DNA from: Marsupella aquatica | Taxonomy: Eukaryota; Plantae; Marchantiophyta | Direction of reading: 5' to 3' | Assembly (NCBI GenBank): GCA_973895155.1 | Contig: OZ316893.1 | Location: forward strand, 27,290,210 to 27,354,209 | Length of the DNA stretch: 64,000 bases | Part shown: one piece after another, positions 37,866 to 50,273 of the stretch | How the letters are laid out: each line of letters begins with the position of its first letter | Numbering within the stretch: position 1 is the stretch's first letter | Notes under the pieces: generated by a model | What the model was told of the DNA's origin: nothing | Database searches by the model: none | The model's input: only the letters and a program-made list of their open reading frames with translations | Position numbers and translations under genes: made by a program

Positions 37866-39430
37866 TCAAATCTGTGTCCTAGATAAAACACCTTGAATAA
37901 TCACATCCGGATAAGAAGGAATAATAGGTAGGAACGCTAAACACCTAAGCGACTTGAACCCTTGGGAAGCCGGTAGCATACATTGTTTTGTAATCAACTG
38001 CTCCCTTAGCTTAACAAGCTTCTTCTCATATTTAATTGGAATAGCAAACCCACCAGGACAAACCCAAACATAGTATGGATAGGGCCATGGAATTTCCGGC
38101 ACAAGGGGCGGAAATGGAGCTTGAGCTCGTCGAAGCATATACACCCAACACCAAATTTCGAACTCCGAAAACTTATGTCGTCTGTCCTTATCAATGGGAG
38201 GAACCGCCTTCCCAGGTTCATATGTGCGAATCAAACTACGAATCCTCGGATGGGATGTCATTGGCAAAATCTGCTGCTGCTGCAAAATGCTCTCCATCTC
38301 CAGATGTCGAAAAGCTACTCGAAAATGTTTCTTCTCCCACCTGTGAATTGAAGCCAAATTAGGGATAGGATTTCGGGGTGGCAAATCCACTGTATGCCGA
38401 AGTCGAGGAGGTACTCTGATAATGCGAGGGTCTTCGTCTTCTTCTCCATCACTTGGTGCTCCTATCCAACGGAAAATTACATCTGGCATAGCGGAAGGAA
38501 TCACTGACTCCTTAACTGGTCGAATTGGCAATGTAACAGGAGACGAAGGAGCAGAAGGTTCGGGCTCCAGTGGTTCAAATTCTTCTCTTGCAACAGTAGC
38601 TGGTTGATCTGCAATGGGATGCATTGGTACTAAAACAGGAAGTTCTTCTTTAAAATTATCGCTAGGTAAAGAGACTTCCTGGTTAGTTCGATCTGTCAAA
38701 AGTACAGGAAGGGGTAGCTCGTCTGTTCCGATAGGTGCTTCTCCCTGTTCAAAATCCTGGGAAGATGCTTCAGGAAAGATCTGTCGACTGATAGCATGGC
38801 GCAACCGTTTCCAAGATTTTCGAGTATACGTCACTGAAAACTCCTCCCGAATGTTTTTATCCTCGTTTGTAGCCAATGAAACTGGTGCTGAGCTGGTTGT
38901 CGAAGCGGGTGTCTCGGGTACCAATATGGGTTTGGGCTGCCCAAGCCTGAACTGCTGCTTGTCTCACTAGAAGACGAACCACCGGCTTCACTCAGTGGTT
39001 CTGGATTATCCAATTGTGAAAGATCGACAGAATTATCTTGGGCCAGCGATTCTGCAACTGTATTCTCGGGCAAACCCAAATTTCTTCCTTCGGTATGAGA
39101 TAAGGCCCTCTCAGTGGTACTATCCACACCAGAGTCAATTTGGTTCACCGAACGTACTGTCTGCTGGCGGAGCTTGGTCTTTTGAGAACCAATAAGTTTT
39201 GGACCTGAACGAAGATTTACAAACAGGGGTCGGGTCGACGTGGGCCTTTCCAAAGAGCCACTTGCCTCTTGAATAGATCCCACTTGTTTCCACACACTAC
39301 CCGGTGCAGGTGCTCCTGGTGACTGGAATTCGGGTAACAATGTGCGAGGGGTCACTACTAATTTTGCAGCATCCGAATTACTGGAGGTCTTGGTAGGTTT
39401 TCTTTTATTCGGTGGATCTCCCTCAGACAT
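37866..39430 (-). CDS. Uncharacterised retroelement ORF(s), two overlapping frames (39430-38831, 38924-37866)
   Basis: Long ORFs in the element's sense orientation, Pro/Ser-rich. I recognise no Gag motif. Confidence 0.45.
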
Positions 39431-40624
39431 CCCTCATTCTCCAAGCACGGGTGATTTTGAGACACCAGACCCGCTCCTCAGGAGTCTTTATGCAAGGAGT
39501 CACCATTTAGGTGCGACGTTATCACCCCACTCCGGGAGATATGAACCTGCTTCCTCAAAGTGACTTCCCGTAGCGTCGTTCAACATCCCTTGCATGATTC
39601 CTCCCCCTTGCTATCCCGTAGCTAATACTTCCCTTCAGTGACCAGCCGAGATTCTAAAACCTCGTTTTCTCTGGTGCGTCCTTCAGGTTGAGACGCGGAA
39701 AGGCACACCAGAAGCGTCGCGCACGTTGGTTCGTCACAGATTCCACCGGACGCTGCTCACAGCGTCCACTGGGATCGGACGCTACTCGAAGCGTCCTGAC
39801 TTGCGGAATCTTCTGGGACGAATCGCATTGGACGCTCTTCGCGGCGTCCTTCCTTATCTCCTTTACGGTGGCGATTACTGGAACCGGGCGTTCCCCATAA
39901 TCTCCGACTTCCTTCACCCTGAAATTTCTTTACCACATGGTACGCTACACTAGGCCATCCTACTAATCAGACGTCTAACTCCTTCCTAATCTTCTACGCA
40001 ATTCCTGGTGCATGATTCTTTCCGCTAACTCCCGAATGGAAATGACTAAATATCACTCCTGTGTGATCCTACCATTCAGCCTTAATATTACTAAATGCAA
40101 ACTTTCATCTTCCCACCAGGTGATAGTTAACCAATGTATGCCATTCCTCCCTCTCAGGCTCAGAACCCAAGAATTAACATAACGATTCCTCAAATTCCTA
40201 ATTCTTAATGTTCCCAAAGATCGGATAGGTGGCATCGGTCACACGAACCAGGATGGTTGGACAATTTTACAAATCATACGTCCCGAGCAACGTTAGAATA
40301 ACTTCACTTGTCACTCAAAGTGTCTTTGGTGTCTTCGACTATCTCCAAAGCAACTTGACGAGCAACAGCTCCTCTCTGTGAGGCCTTTTCTGGTGGGAGG
40401 GCGGTTTCTTCTCTTAAGTTTGGCACCACAAATTTTTCCAATACTCTTAAGAGAGCTTCCGGGGCGCTTTGGATAGAGTACGGCATCACCTCGAAATGGA
40501 AGCTCTTCATCTTTTTAACTGGAGTGATGACGCATCTTCACAATTATAGTAGAACGTGAATTCCTCTCCCGTCTAGCTCCTTCTGGCATACACTGCCTGT
40601 ACGTCAATTCAATCTTAAATTCGT

Positions 40625-40642
40625 TCCCCGGCAGCGGCGCCA
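40625..40642 (-). promoter_or_regulatory. Primer-binding site complementary to the tRNA-Asp 3' end
   Basis: Minus strand TGGCGCCGCTGCCGGGGA, separated from the 5' LTR by 6 nt; Athila-type PBS. Confidence 0.85.
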
Positions 40643-40648
40643 AAAAGA

Positions 40649-42035
40649 TGTCGTATAGTGCTAAGTATCAAAAGTGACTCTCCTCACCTAAAACCAGGGT
40701 TTCGATCCCTTTAAGAACAGATTTCAGAATGAATTGTATAACTTTTATCACTCCGAGTGATTTAGAGTCTTGAGCTCTATGTTGACTTCACTTCTCAATA
40801 AAAAAATCGAATAAACAAACAACAAAGTAACTGAACTTCTGATTTATGAATTAGAGAAGAAATGAGTAAGGATTTAGAGACTACAAGCTACTGCCACTCC
40901 TTCAGAAAGGATTTGGGCTCAGTATAGACATGAAATCTATCTCATAATTCATCCATCTCACTCTTCAAAACACAAAGGTTAATGATAATGGAATTCTCAA
41001 TCTGATGAAGCAGAAGCTTTCTGATTGCAAATGAATGATATGATTTAAAATGCCGTCAACATGGTTTGACATCAGCGATACGCAATTCAGTCAAACTCTA
41101 AACCATATTCCAGAATCAAAGCAACAGTACTAACTACTCTGAGAATCAGAATTTACTTCTCATTTATCATTAACTATTCTTGAATTGGCTAGCGAATCCC
41201 GACTCTGCAAGCAAGCCTAGCAGTGAATTCAATACGAGTTTCAGAAATCTGCAACTGAATTCAATCACCACAGGAATCTCTTGAATTCAATCTTAACTTC
41301 AATCAATATAGCTTTACTTCCATACAAAACACTCACAGCATGCCTTGTTACAATGGAAGGAGGAGAAAACTATTCAGAAGACTCAATTCTGAATACAGTA
41401 TTAACTCTATTTCTCTCTACTTCAAATGAGCATTCTACTCTGTCTTATAAGTGCTGGAATCCTAAAATGGAGGAGGTAAGAACAGTCGTGCCTTTCCAAG
41501 CTTAAAACTAAACAAGGGAGAAGCACAGCATAAGTACTTCAACAAGGGTGGTAGAATACTACTTTACTAGTAATCTACTTCAAAAACTAAGTGTTGAGCG
41601 GACGCTGCTAGAAGCGTCAGGAGAATCTGGACGCTGCTAGAAGCGTCTTAAGTAAAACCAACGGACGCTGCTCACACTGCTCACAGCGTCAATACTAGGG
41701 TGGACGCTGCTCACAGCGTCGTGTGTTGAAGCTGACGCTTTCCACAGCGTCGGTCGAAATCCTCATAGAGTCTTGGTGGCGGTCGGGCACTGCCAAAAGC
41801 GTCATGAGGAGGTTGGACGCTTCCGCAGCGTCTTGAGTAAAAGAAACGGGCGCTGGTCACAGCGTCGGGCAAAGTACACTAGGAATCGTCAGGAAAGCCG
41901 GAGATGTCAAATATTTCTATAAGTGTCCAGAACAAGTAAATGTTGGCCGGAAGGTGTCTAAAGTGTAAGTAAATCTTGTGATATGCTAAAAATAAACAAG
42001 TTTCCAGAAAAAATTGCAGGGACACCCATACCATA
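40649..42035 (-). repeat. 5' LTR
   Basis: Same length as the other LTR and identical in spot checks, except the terminal CA to TA change at 42034. Confidence 0.95.
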
Positions 42036-43179
42036 GACGACCTGGACCAAGCCAATATGGACCAGACCACATTCACCGAGGCTTCTCCACCCCCACCTCC
42101 ACGAACTTGTTCCAAAAAGAGGAAGGGACGACATACTCCATTTTGAGCTGGTAGCAAGTCAGATAGTTGACCAGCATATGCAGAGTAGAGGCCTAGTGTG
42201 TTAGGGCACAAAGTGTAGACCATATGGGGCAAGCTGCTATTTCTTATTTGATCCGAGTGGATCACACTTGTACATATTGGGGTCTATATGTATATATTCA
42301 TTTTAGGGGCTTGAGTACCCTTTTTGGCCATGCATGGGTTCTAATTAGATCTATGTTGCATGGTTTTTTCAATAAGTTCCAAAATGCCTCCAAAACACCC
42401 CTACACCTAACCCTAACCCTCTCCCTCACCCTAACCCTAACCCCCTAAATATGCTAATAAGCGTGGCATCCCCGCTTCCCAAAGCACTCTTTCCGATGCC
42501 ATTCCGATACTTAAATCATCCCACTCCATCCAACCAAAACCACGGACTTTCCCATTCCAGAACATTTGGATCTTCCGAATCTTACCGCATTGGAACTTGC
42601 AATACTACTAATATTGGATATTCCGATGTCTTAACCAACGGACACTAATCGAACACGAACTAAACAGAACAGGCGACAAAGTGGTGGTCCGATACTTCCG
42701 GCATCGGATAGTAAAATATCCAATATTTTAGATTACGGATGGTCCGATGAAGGTAATATCGGTGTTTCCAATAGTTGTCCGATGGTCTATATCCGATGTG
42801 CAAAAAATGGCATGTACCGATGTTGTGGTAATCGGAAGTTCCAAAAATCTGGTCGCAAGTTGCCAAAGGTTTCCGATACTTTCATTGTCGGAAAAGGGCG
42901 ATAAAATGTACTAGTGAAACAACACCCTCAGAAGTGCTCAAGACTAATGTACTTTATGTATTTGTCATCAAAAGTGCATATTTATTTGAAAGTTTTCTAG
43001 AACTTCAATTCAGCTAAAAATTTGCAAGCATGATCTTTGAAGTGTAATCTACTTGCTGACAAAGTTCTAAACTTTCTGGAGTTGGCTTACTTGCTTTCTA
43101 ATCAGGTCTACATTAACTCATTTTATATTTGTATTTTGCATCAAGTTATAATTAGTTTTTCTTTTTAATTATTAAATTT

Positions 43180-44760
43180 TATTCTATGTGAACCCACAGT
43201 GGGAAAAACAGCAGGCCATAAGGCAGAAGAGCCCTTCAAGGGCAGTGACACACAGAAAACCTAAGTCAACCATGGCTCAGTAGCAACCATCAAGGCAAAG
43301 TTGGTCTACTGAACTTCTCAGCAAGAGAGGAGCAAGAGAACAAAAGTATGAGGAAGCAAAACTAGACTTACTAACTACCTAACGAAGACTAGAGCGTGAA
43401 TACAACCGACTTCTCCTGGATCCAGTAATAGTAAGTATCCCAAAAGTTGATGATAGGGCCAGGACCCAAGAGTGTGGGTCAATCAGGCCACATGCACATT
43501 TCTAACAACATAAGGGGCGACAAAGATAATATACTCAGTCCTACACATATATTGAACCCTATCAAGTAGAGATCAGACGTCTCACTTTGCTCCTTAAAAT
43601 CCTAATTTGTTCATGCACTAGAATTTGCTTAGCCTGTGTAATTCTAAAGTGTTTAATATTCTTAGATCTGGTAGCAGCTGCAACTGCAATCAGGTGGTCC
43701 AGGTTTCAGAAATAGTAAGTGTCTGGTCAAAAATTATTTTTTTGGAGAGATTAGATGTCTGATCATTGCATTCCAAAGTGGACCACAAGATCTGATACAA
43801 CAAGGAGAATCAAAGTGTGCTCAACAGGCTCTTCCCTATTGAGAGGGAGATTAATTCCACCAAATTCTGATGGGGCTTAATGATAGTACCATTTAGCCAG
43901 ATCCCAACTTCCCTCCAACAATGTTGCACGAGTGTCTGCATTGAGTGAAAAGGTGGGGAATAGTCTCAACAATCCCAAGGCACAGAATACTGATTCCATA
44001 TAACTTGGCAATTCTCACTGCTCTATATCTAGAGAAGAGCCCCTTGTGAGATAATGATGTTCATTTGGGAAGAATAGAAAAGAACTTGGAGAAATTAAAA
44101 AAATTTGCCAACAACAATAGAACATTCAAAAGAAGGGACGAAACTATGGAATCTCAATAGTTCCCCAACCTTCCCTCCACAATAGGTGTAGGCTGCCACC
44201 TCAATCACACAAGTATGTCAATGCTCTCTTATACCATGCTCTCACAAAATTAACTAGAATGGTCCTGTCATTCGAACCCAAGATCCTCAACCAGACAGAA
44301 GAGCTTCCTCACACTAACGTGTTGTATGACTACATAATTTCTCAAGAACTCAAGACTTACTTCGTTCAGCCTTGAGAGGTGTGAAGAAATGAAAGTAGGT
44401 TCAGCCTATTTTGGTCTCTCAGACTGTTATAGAGTGATCCAAACCTTATGGTTTTATGGTTCAGCCATCCTTTGCAGCACAATTATTTTGTTGGGCGGTG
44501 AAAGATCCAAATGTTCGGGGAGGTTGAAACGAGATGTCCTTTGTGAACCACCTCTCTCAAATCACAAATCACCATCAAGCATTGCAACTGAGAAAGAAGG
44601 TATTCTCTTCCTCAGTCTCCTCCATTATCCAACCCAACAACAGCGGGAGGAGGATTTTCTAAACTCAACATTCCAAATTGGAGGTGTGAGACCTGTATGT
44701 GCCACCACTGATCAACTATTCTTAGTGATCTATTGTGCACATTGTTGAATCTAAATAATT
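43180..44760 (-). mobile_element. Possible highly degraded LINE fragment
   Basis: Only faint RT-like remnants on the minus strand (~44550 and ~44320) and a T-rich end near 43160. No open frame. Confidence 0.3.
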
Positions 44761-46105
44761 GAGTTTTCCTCTCAAGCCTCATTTTTCTCATGGATGTGTG
44801 TATGTGTGACGCAATCTAAGTGTATAATGGGACCAACAGTGCCAATGAGAGGTGTATCGGGTGCATTGAAGTGGGTTGGATGGAGACTGTCATAGCTCTG
44901 ATTGCTGGGAGTGGAATGGCATAGCAATGGGGCGATGGCTTAGAAGTCCCTAAGTTAGAAATGCTTGGATCACTAGTTTATGGGTACATTATGGCAGCAA
45001 AATAGAAACATACCTACGGCAGTAAGCATATGTATAGACATATACTCACTATAGCGCTAGGCCCTATGTGTATGGGCTTGATATGAAGACCCTTTCTCAC
45101 CAAAACTATCATGAGTGCAGGATTTGATTCTCAACCTTGGTTCCTTGGGATTGAGCTTGGGTGATGTATGTGTGAAAAGTCTTGCTATGATAATATGACA
45201 TTAAGGGGATAAACTGGTCTTTACTAGCCTTCATAGCATTCCTTCGTGATTCTCAGGTACAATGAGACATTTTTTGCACCCAATAGTGAGGTTTTTGGTG
45301 TTAAGACCCATGTTAATTGCATGATATTTTGGCGCTAGATGGAGGGGATGGAGCTATCACAACTACATTTTGACTCAACTTAACGTTGCCTCACAACAGG
45401 CTAATCTCGACGTATGAAACTCTAAACGGAAACACGGAATCCCCAAGGTAAAATTGGCAACGTTCTGGACGTCTATATTGACGTGGTTTCTTACGTCGTC
45501 TCACACAACGCACATTGCCACACCGCCAACGTGGTTCTTTGTGTGCACGACGTCCTATGCATCGTTAGAGTACTGGGCTAATGTAGATTTCCATGTCCAT
45601 TGAACGTCGCACGGAGTGACGTTAATACAAACAAAACGTCGTGATTGACGACGTTGACTCCCTCGTATAAGACAACGTCAGTGTTTGTAACGATGTCTGG
45701 GACACCATTCCGTTTGATGTAATGTGAATTCGTTCATTGGTTTACGTGGTGTGATAAGACGTTGTTATCATATATCAATGTCATGAACGACGTTGTGTGA
45801 AAGTGGAAGACTACGTCTGGGTCATACCTTGTGAGATGCTTGGTAACTTTATGAATGAACGACACCCCGTATATTATGTCGGACCCTGCCATACAACCTT
45901 ATTGGAGGTTATAAACACACTTAAGCTAGGGTTACAATGGGGTGAGCATTATTTGGGTAGGCAGTTGGGGTTTAGGGATACACATTCAATATGCATATGG
46001 TATAGACGTTGTAATCCGCGAAAAGTGTCGTATTAGATAATATTGTTATGGGCCAAATATGTACAAAATGGAGGATGAAGTCGGGCAAGTAAAATAGGCT
46101 ATACC

Positions 46106-48271
46106 CTAGTCACGCTCAGTCCGCCTGGTATCACGTCCAGACCTGCGTGTAGAAGTGGGTTGTACGCCTCTCGGGCGCAACTCGTACCTGGAGTCATCCT
46201 CCTCTAAGCTAGTGGTACTGGGGGACAACGTATCTGCCTGTGTTGCAGCCCTATGAGTAGTCACTGGCCTACTCCCCTTACTGTGTGGAGGTCGCCTAGT
46301 GTCATCCCTCCTCCTCCTCTCCCTCTCCCTCCCCCTCTGTCTATCTGACCTATCTCTCCCTATCTCCCTCTCTCTCCCTCCCTTGGCTCTCTCTCTCTCC
46401 CTCCGGCCTTGGCCACTAGTACGCCCCCCATGAGTCTCTGCCTCCTCCTGCCCGCAATCTACGTGAGCCTCCTCCTGCAAACCCTCCTCGGGCGGTACCC
46501 TGGCTGGCAAGTGATCCTCAGGGATGGCCCGTGCAACCAAGCCCTCCGGAGGAGTCCAATCCTCCACCTGCATGATAGCATTCTGGTCAGTTAATATCAC
46601 AGAGTAGGCCTAAAGTCAACTACAACCTAGCAATCACTTTAGCTCTTACCCGGTGATCCTCCGGGACTGAGGCCAACTTGGCCCATAGCGCTGCCGGGCC
46701 ATACCGTTTCGAGTACAGCCGCTCCTCCTCCGACGGCTCGGCATCGACACCAAACTTGCGTTTCTACGAGAAAGCAAAAGAACGTCGTTCCTAAGCACGT
46801 ATTCAACCCTCTCAGCATCGGTGCTAACGTCGTTCCATGCGTTGCATATCTAGTTAACGTCGCTCTAACGACGTTTTCACTAAAGCGGTACATGTAACGT
46901 CTCAAGGATGACGTTCTTCCTAAGGTACGTCTCAGATGAAGTTACAAATCAAAGTTAACGTTGTTATGGACGATGTTATGAATGAATCAGGCGACGTAAT
47001 TTCAAAATCTCGACGTTACACTATGGTTTACACCGGAGCAGCGAAATGAAAACGTGGAAGTTGGGTCCGAGACTTACGTAGGTTGCGAGGAACCCTCGCC
47101 ATCCTCCTTGCCCCCAGAAATTGGTTACTAGAAGGCGTCCGCTATTCTTTCGAGCTGCAGTGGCTTTGTCACCCATGTGCACTCGTTTTCCTACGGGGGT
47201 GTTTGGGGGTGCTTCAAGTTCAGACACGATCAAGTTGAAGTCCGACTCGGCCATCCCTTCAGGCTTACGGTACTGCCCTGTCTTCTCGCATTTCATTGCT
47301 CGGACCTTGCTTCTCCACCTGAATCTTCTGTCAGCAAGGAAACTCACAATCTTCTGCCTGATGTGTCGAAAATCAATCTCTCTGCCATTCTTGAATCCGG
47401 CCTGTATGTCATTGAGGAGTACTTGAAACTTCTTTGTATTGTGCACGAGGTCCTTCCAAGTTGTCCACCCAGGGCAGTGTTTCGTACAGCAGACCTGCAC
47501 TCGATTCGTTAGCGCCTTCTCATCAAGCACCTCTGGCTTCGCATCAAAAGCAGCCAGGCTGATGACCGGCAGTTGTTCTTTGCTGGCAGGAGTAGCAATG
47601 GTTCGGTGAGGAGAAGCTCACCGATGACCTCCTCCGATTGAATGTGAATGTCGATGTGACCTTCGACCTCTCCTATCTCTGTCCACCCTCAAATCTCGTT
47701 CAGCCCTTTTTCTCTTGTGTGTGCTGCGGCTGTCTCTTTCTTTGCGCTCCTTTCCCTTCCCCTTTTTTTGTCTCCTCTCAATGCTACTATTGCTACTCAA
47801 AGAATGGGAGCGACGTCATCTTCTGTGTGTCCGCAACTCTGTACTTGAATCATCAGGCTCATATCTCTGAATCCTCACTTGGCTCTTGATGGGAGTAACA
47901 CAGGGTGGTTGTGAATCCGGCTCCATCCCAGAGAACGAGGGATAGTCCCAGACTGAGTCCATCAAGGGCGGGAAGGAAGCAAGAGGATCAAGTGATGCCC
48001 CCGGAAGGTCGCGCAAGAACTCTGGTGCTTGAATGTCGGGCTCAACGTCGGATGCTGGAGCGTTCTCTTCTATGTTCTGAAGGTATTCCAAAAATCGTGA
48101 CTCCTTCGTCCCAGTTCCTCCCATGAATTGCCAACTCTGGTTGAAAGCATCAATCAGTGAATGTGCTGACCGCAAAGCTGTTCGAACCTTCTCCACCTCC
48201 TCTGGGTCTTCCATGGAAACTTTCACAGCATCAAAGTTGATACTGAGGGGCAGATAAGCTGGACGTGACAT
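46106..48271 (-). pseudogene. CACTA-3 TnpA-like gene, frameshifted; exons ~48271-47078, 46763-46650, ~46580-46106
   Basis: Motif TNFWGQGGWRGF|GT parallels CACTA-1 VHKLGQGGLPGL...F|GT. It has a similar short middle exon and a basic low-complexity tail. Confidence 0.65.
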
Positions 48272-48789
48272 TGAGGCAAGACTTGGAGCAAATGTAGATG
48301 ACCTTCACAAAGATTAGAGCTTCACTAGAGCTTCACTAGAGCCACAAACAGAACAGAACACTAGATGTGGGGTGAGGTGTGTGCGGAATGGTCGAATGAC
48401 TCACATTCGACACTATGCCCCGGTATTTTCCGAATAGAATGCGGTAGAGTTCGCAACAATGTGTTTCCGCCATTCTCTGTCTATTTACGTCGTTTTTCAT
48501 GACGATGCCCTAATTGATCGATTAGTAATACGTTGTGCTAGACGACGTTTTCATTTAAACGTTGTTCTGTACACCGTTAAAAGGTAGGGTTTACTGTAAC
48601 GTCGTGTGGGGTACGGTACATGACATAGGGTTTAAGAAATACGTCGTGTATTGTGTTCTCGGCGACGTAAAGTGAAAGTACTTCGTTTTACTTGACGTAA
48701 ATATTGTGGTACTATAGTGGTCCCGACGTTCCATTTCCAAGGCTGAGTTTGCAAGTTTGCGTGTATATGTGTGTGTACTATTGCAGGCC

Positions 48790-50273
48790 ATGGCCTCGTG
48801 CTCATCGGAGTGGTCATCTGATGATCGCTATGATGGAGGTGCATATCACCGAGACAGGTACCGCTCTCATGATAGGGGGAGGGAGAGGAGGAGGGAGCAC
48901 TCACCTGCGAGGTCGAGATACCACTCAGCCGAGAGGAGGAGGGACTTATCATCTGATAGGAGCAGGCACCATTCGTCTGAGAGGAGTTGGGATCAGTCTT
49001 TAGATAGGGAGTACCGATCTAGGGATCATCGACATCGGGAGCGACAAAGGCATAGGAGGTCCCATCGACAGTCCCACCGCCACCGCCGGTCCAGGTCTCC
49101 CTCTGATGACCACACACCCCGACACCGATCACCCATGCCGGAGGATGAGGATAGGTTTGGAGAGGCCATGGCTGCCCTTCAGGGGATTGGCCCAGTCCGA
49201 AAGATGCCCTGCCCATGTAGTAGATGCAAGGGCGTCGTCTCCCACGAGAGGACCACTGTCCTTAGCCATTTAGGCCTCCACGGCCGTTACGTACCCCCGA
49301 CACATCAGGTAATTCATAAACCTTTATTGACACTATTCAATTCATTAAGTCCTTATTTTTGAATATAACATGTTTGGGTTTCTTGAGTTTCTTGAGTGTT
49401 TAGTTGGAATGGTTTTTTCCCTGATTTCTGAAGTTCTCTTGTTCACATGTGAAACAGATTTTGTGTGTGGTCTCTCCGCCCTTGGACCACATGAGACAGG
49501 TTGCACGTCGCGCGCTCACAGCACTAGTTCCCCCATCAGCACTCGATGCCACGTTAAGGGCAATAGACCGTGTTTTTGATAGGAGGAGGAGGGTCATTCG
49601 GAGTCACCCTATTGAGAGGGGAGTAGAGGTCACCACTAGACCTCGGTCCATTACGTCTCGTACCCCTAGGACGGTGCCGCCACACTGTCCTTTTCTTGAT
49701 GCCTCTTTTTCCCGAGCACCAAGAGAGTTAAGAGGGAGAGCCTTGGACATCATAAAGGACTCATTCCCAACCCAGTTTGGCCTCCCTATGGTCCTGCTCG
49801 TTCGGGAGCCTATTGTAGTTTGGGATAGGCCATGGGTCCTCCTCCCATCCACATTGGGAGACGACGTAGGTCTTGGATTATTTGCGCTCGTGGATATTGT
49901 GGTGCCGGAAGGTTGTGCACCTGAGGACCTGCCCGAGTTGATTCCATTTTATGGGCCAAAGTATTCGGCCCATAGATGGCGTATCTTGTCTCGCCAATGC
50001 CCAACCTTTGGTCGGTATGGCATGTCACTAAAGTTGGACCCTAGGTATACTCAGATGGATGGTTACCCCCCTCGTACTGGAAACTTGGCGGGTTACATCA
50101 ATAGCACAGTGGGGTGTCGGCGTTTGGGGTTCCGCCCCAACGCTGAGTGGCATGAGTACCATGACCAGAGTCACCCTCGTTTGCCCTTGGGATGCAGTCA
50201 CTACATCCTGACACATGCCACCCGCACCATTCGAGCAGGGGATGAGATATTTGTAGACTATGATTGGCATTGA
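48790..50273 (+). CDS. Transposon-encoded SET-domain protein (alternative terminal exon); exons 48790-49308 + 49500-50273, ~430 aa, open
   Basis: Exon 1 is RS-rich and carries CPCSRCKG...HLGLHG. SET motifs GLGLFALVDI, FYGPKY, GNLAGYINST and ATRTIRAGDEIFVDY. Phase-0 CAG|GTAATT donor and ACAG|GTT acceptor; an alternative in-frame acceptor exists at 49458. Confidence 0.8.

Larger units (their letters stand above)
35913..42035 (-). mobile_element. Non-autonomous Ty3/gypsy-type LTR retrotransposon (Athila-like tRNA-Asp PBS), 6123 bp, recent insertion
   Basis: Two 1387-bp LTRs, a 5-bp TSD GACGA (35908-35912 and 42036-42040), and PBS and PPT on the minus strand. No intact RT, RNase H or integrase. 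Confidence 0.95.
34175..42146 (+). pseudogene. 3' part of the CACTA-2 TnpA-like gene, split by the LTR insertion
   Basis: Exon EREHGRPILPDERELLAKKHGPQAL resembles CACTA-3 PSEEERLYSKRYGPAAL. Removing 35913-42040 restores ...ASTLGTDDLDQANM...KKRKGRHTPF*, similar to the CACTA-1 ending ...KRSRKSPF*. Confidence 0.65.
33988..42916. mobile_element. CACTA-2, left-truncated third CACTA family; one terminus only, with an LTR element inserted
   Basis: Terminus ...GGGCGATAAAATGTACTAGTG at 42916. Dense CCGAT/ATCGG subterminal motifs at 42490-42890 and near 33990. TnpA-like 3' exons are present. No matching left TIR with an AAA TSD was found. Confidence 0.75.
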
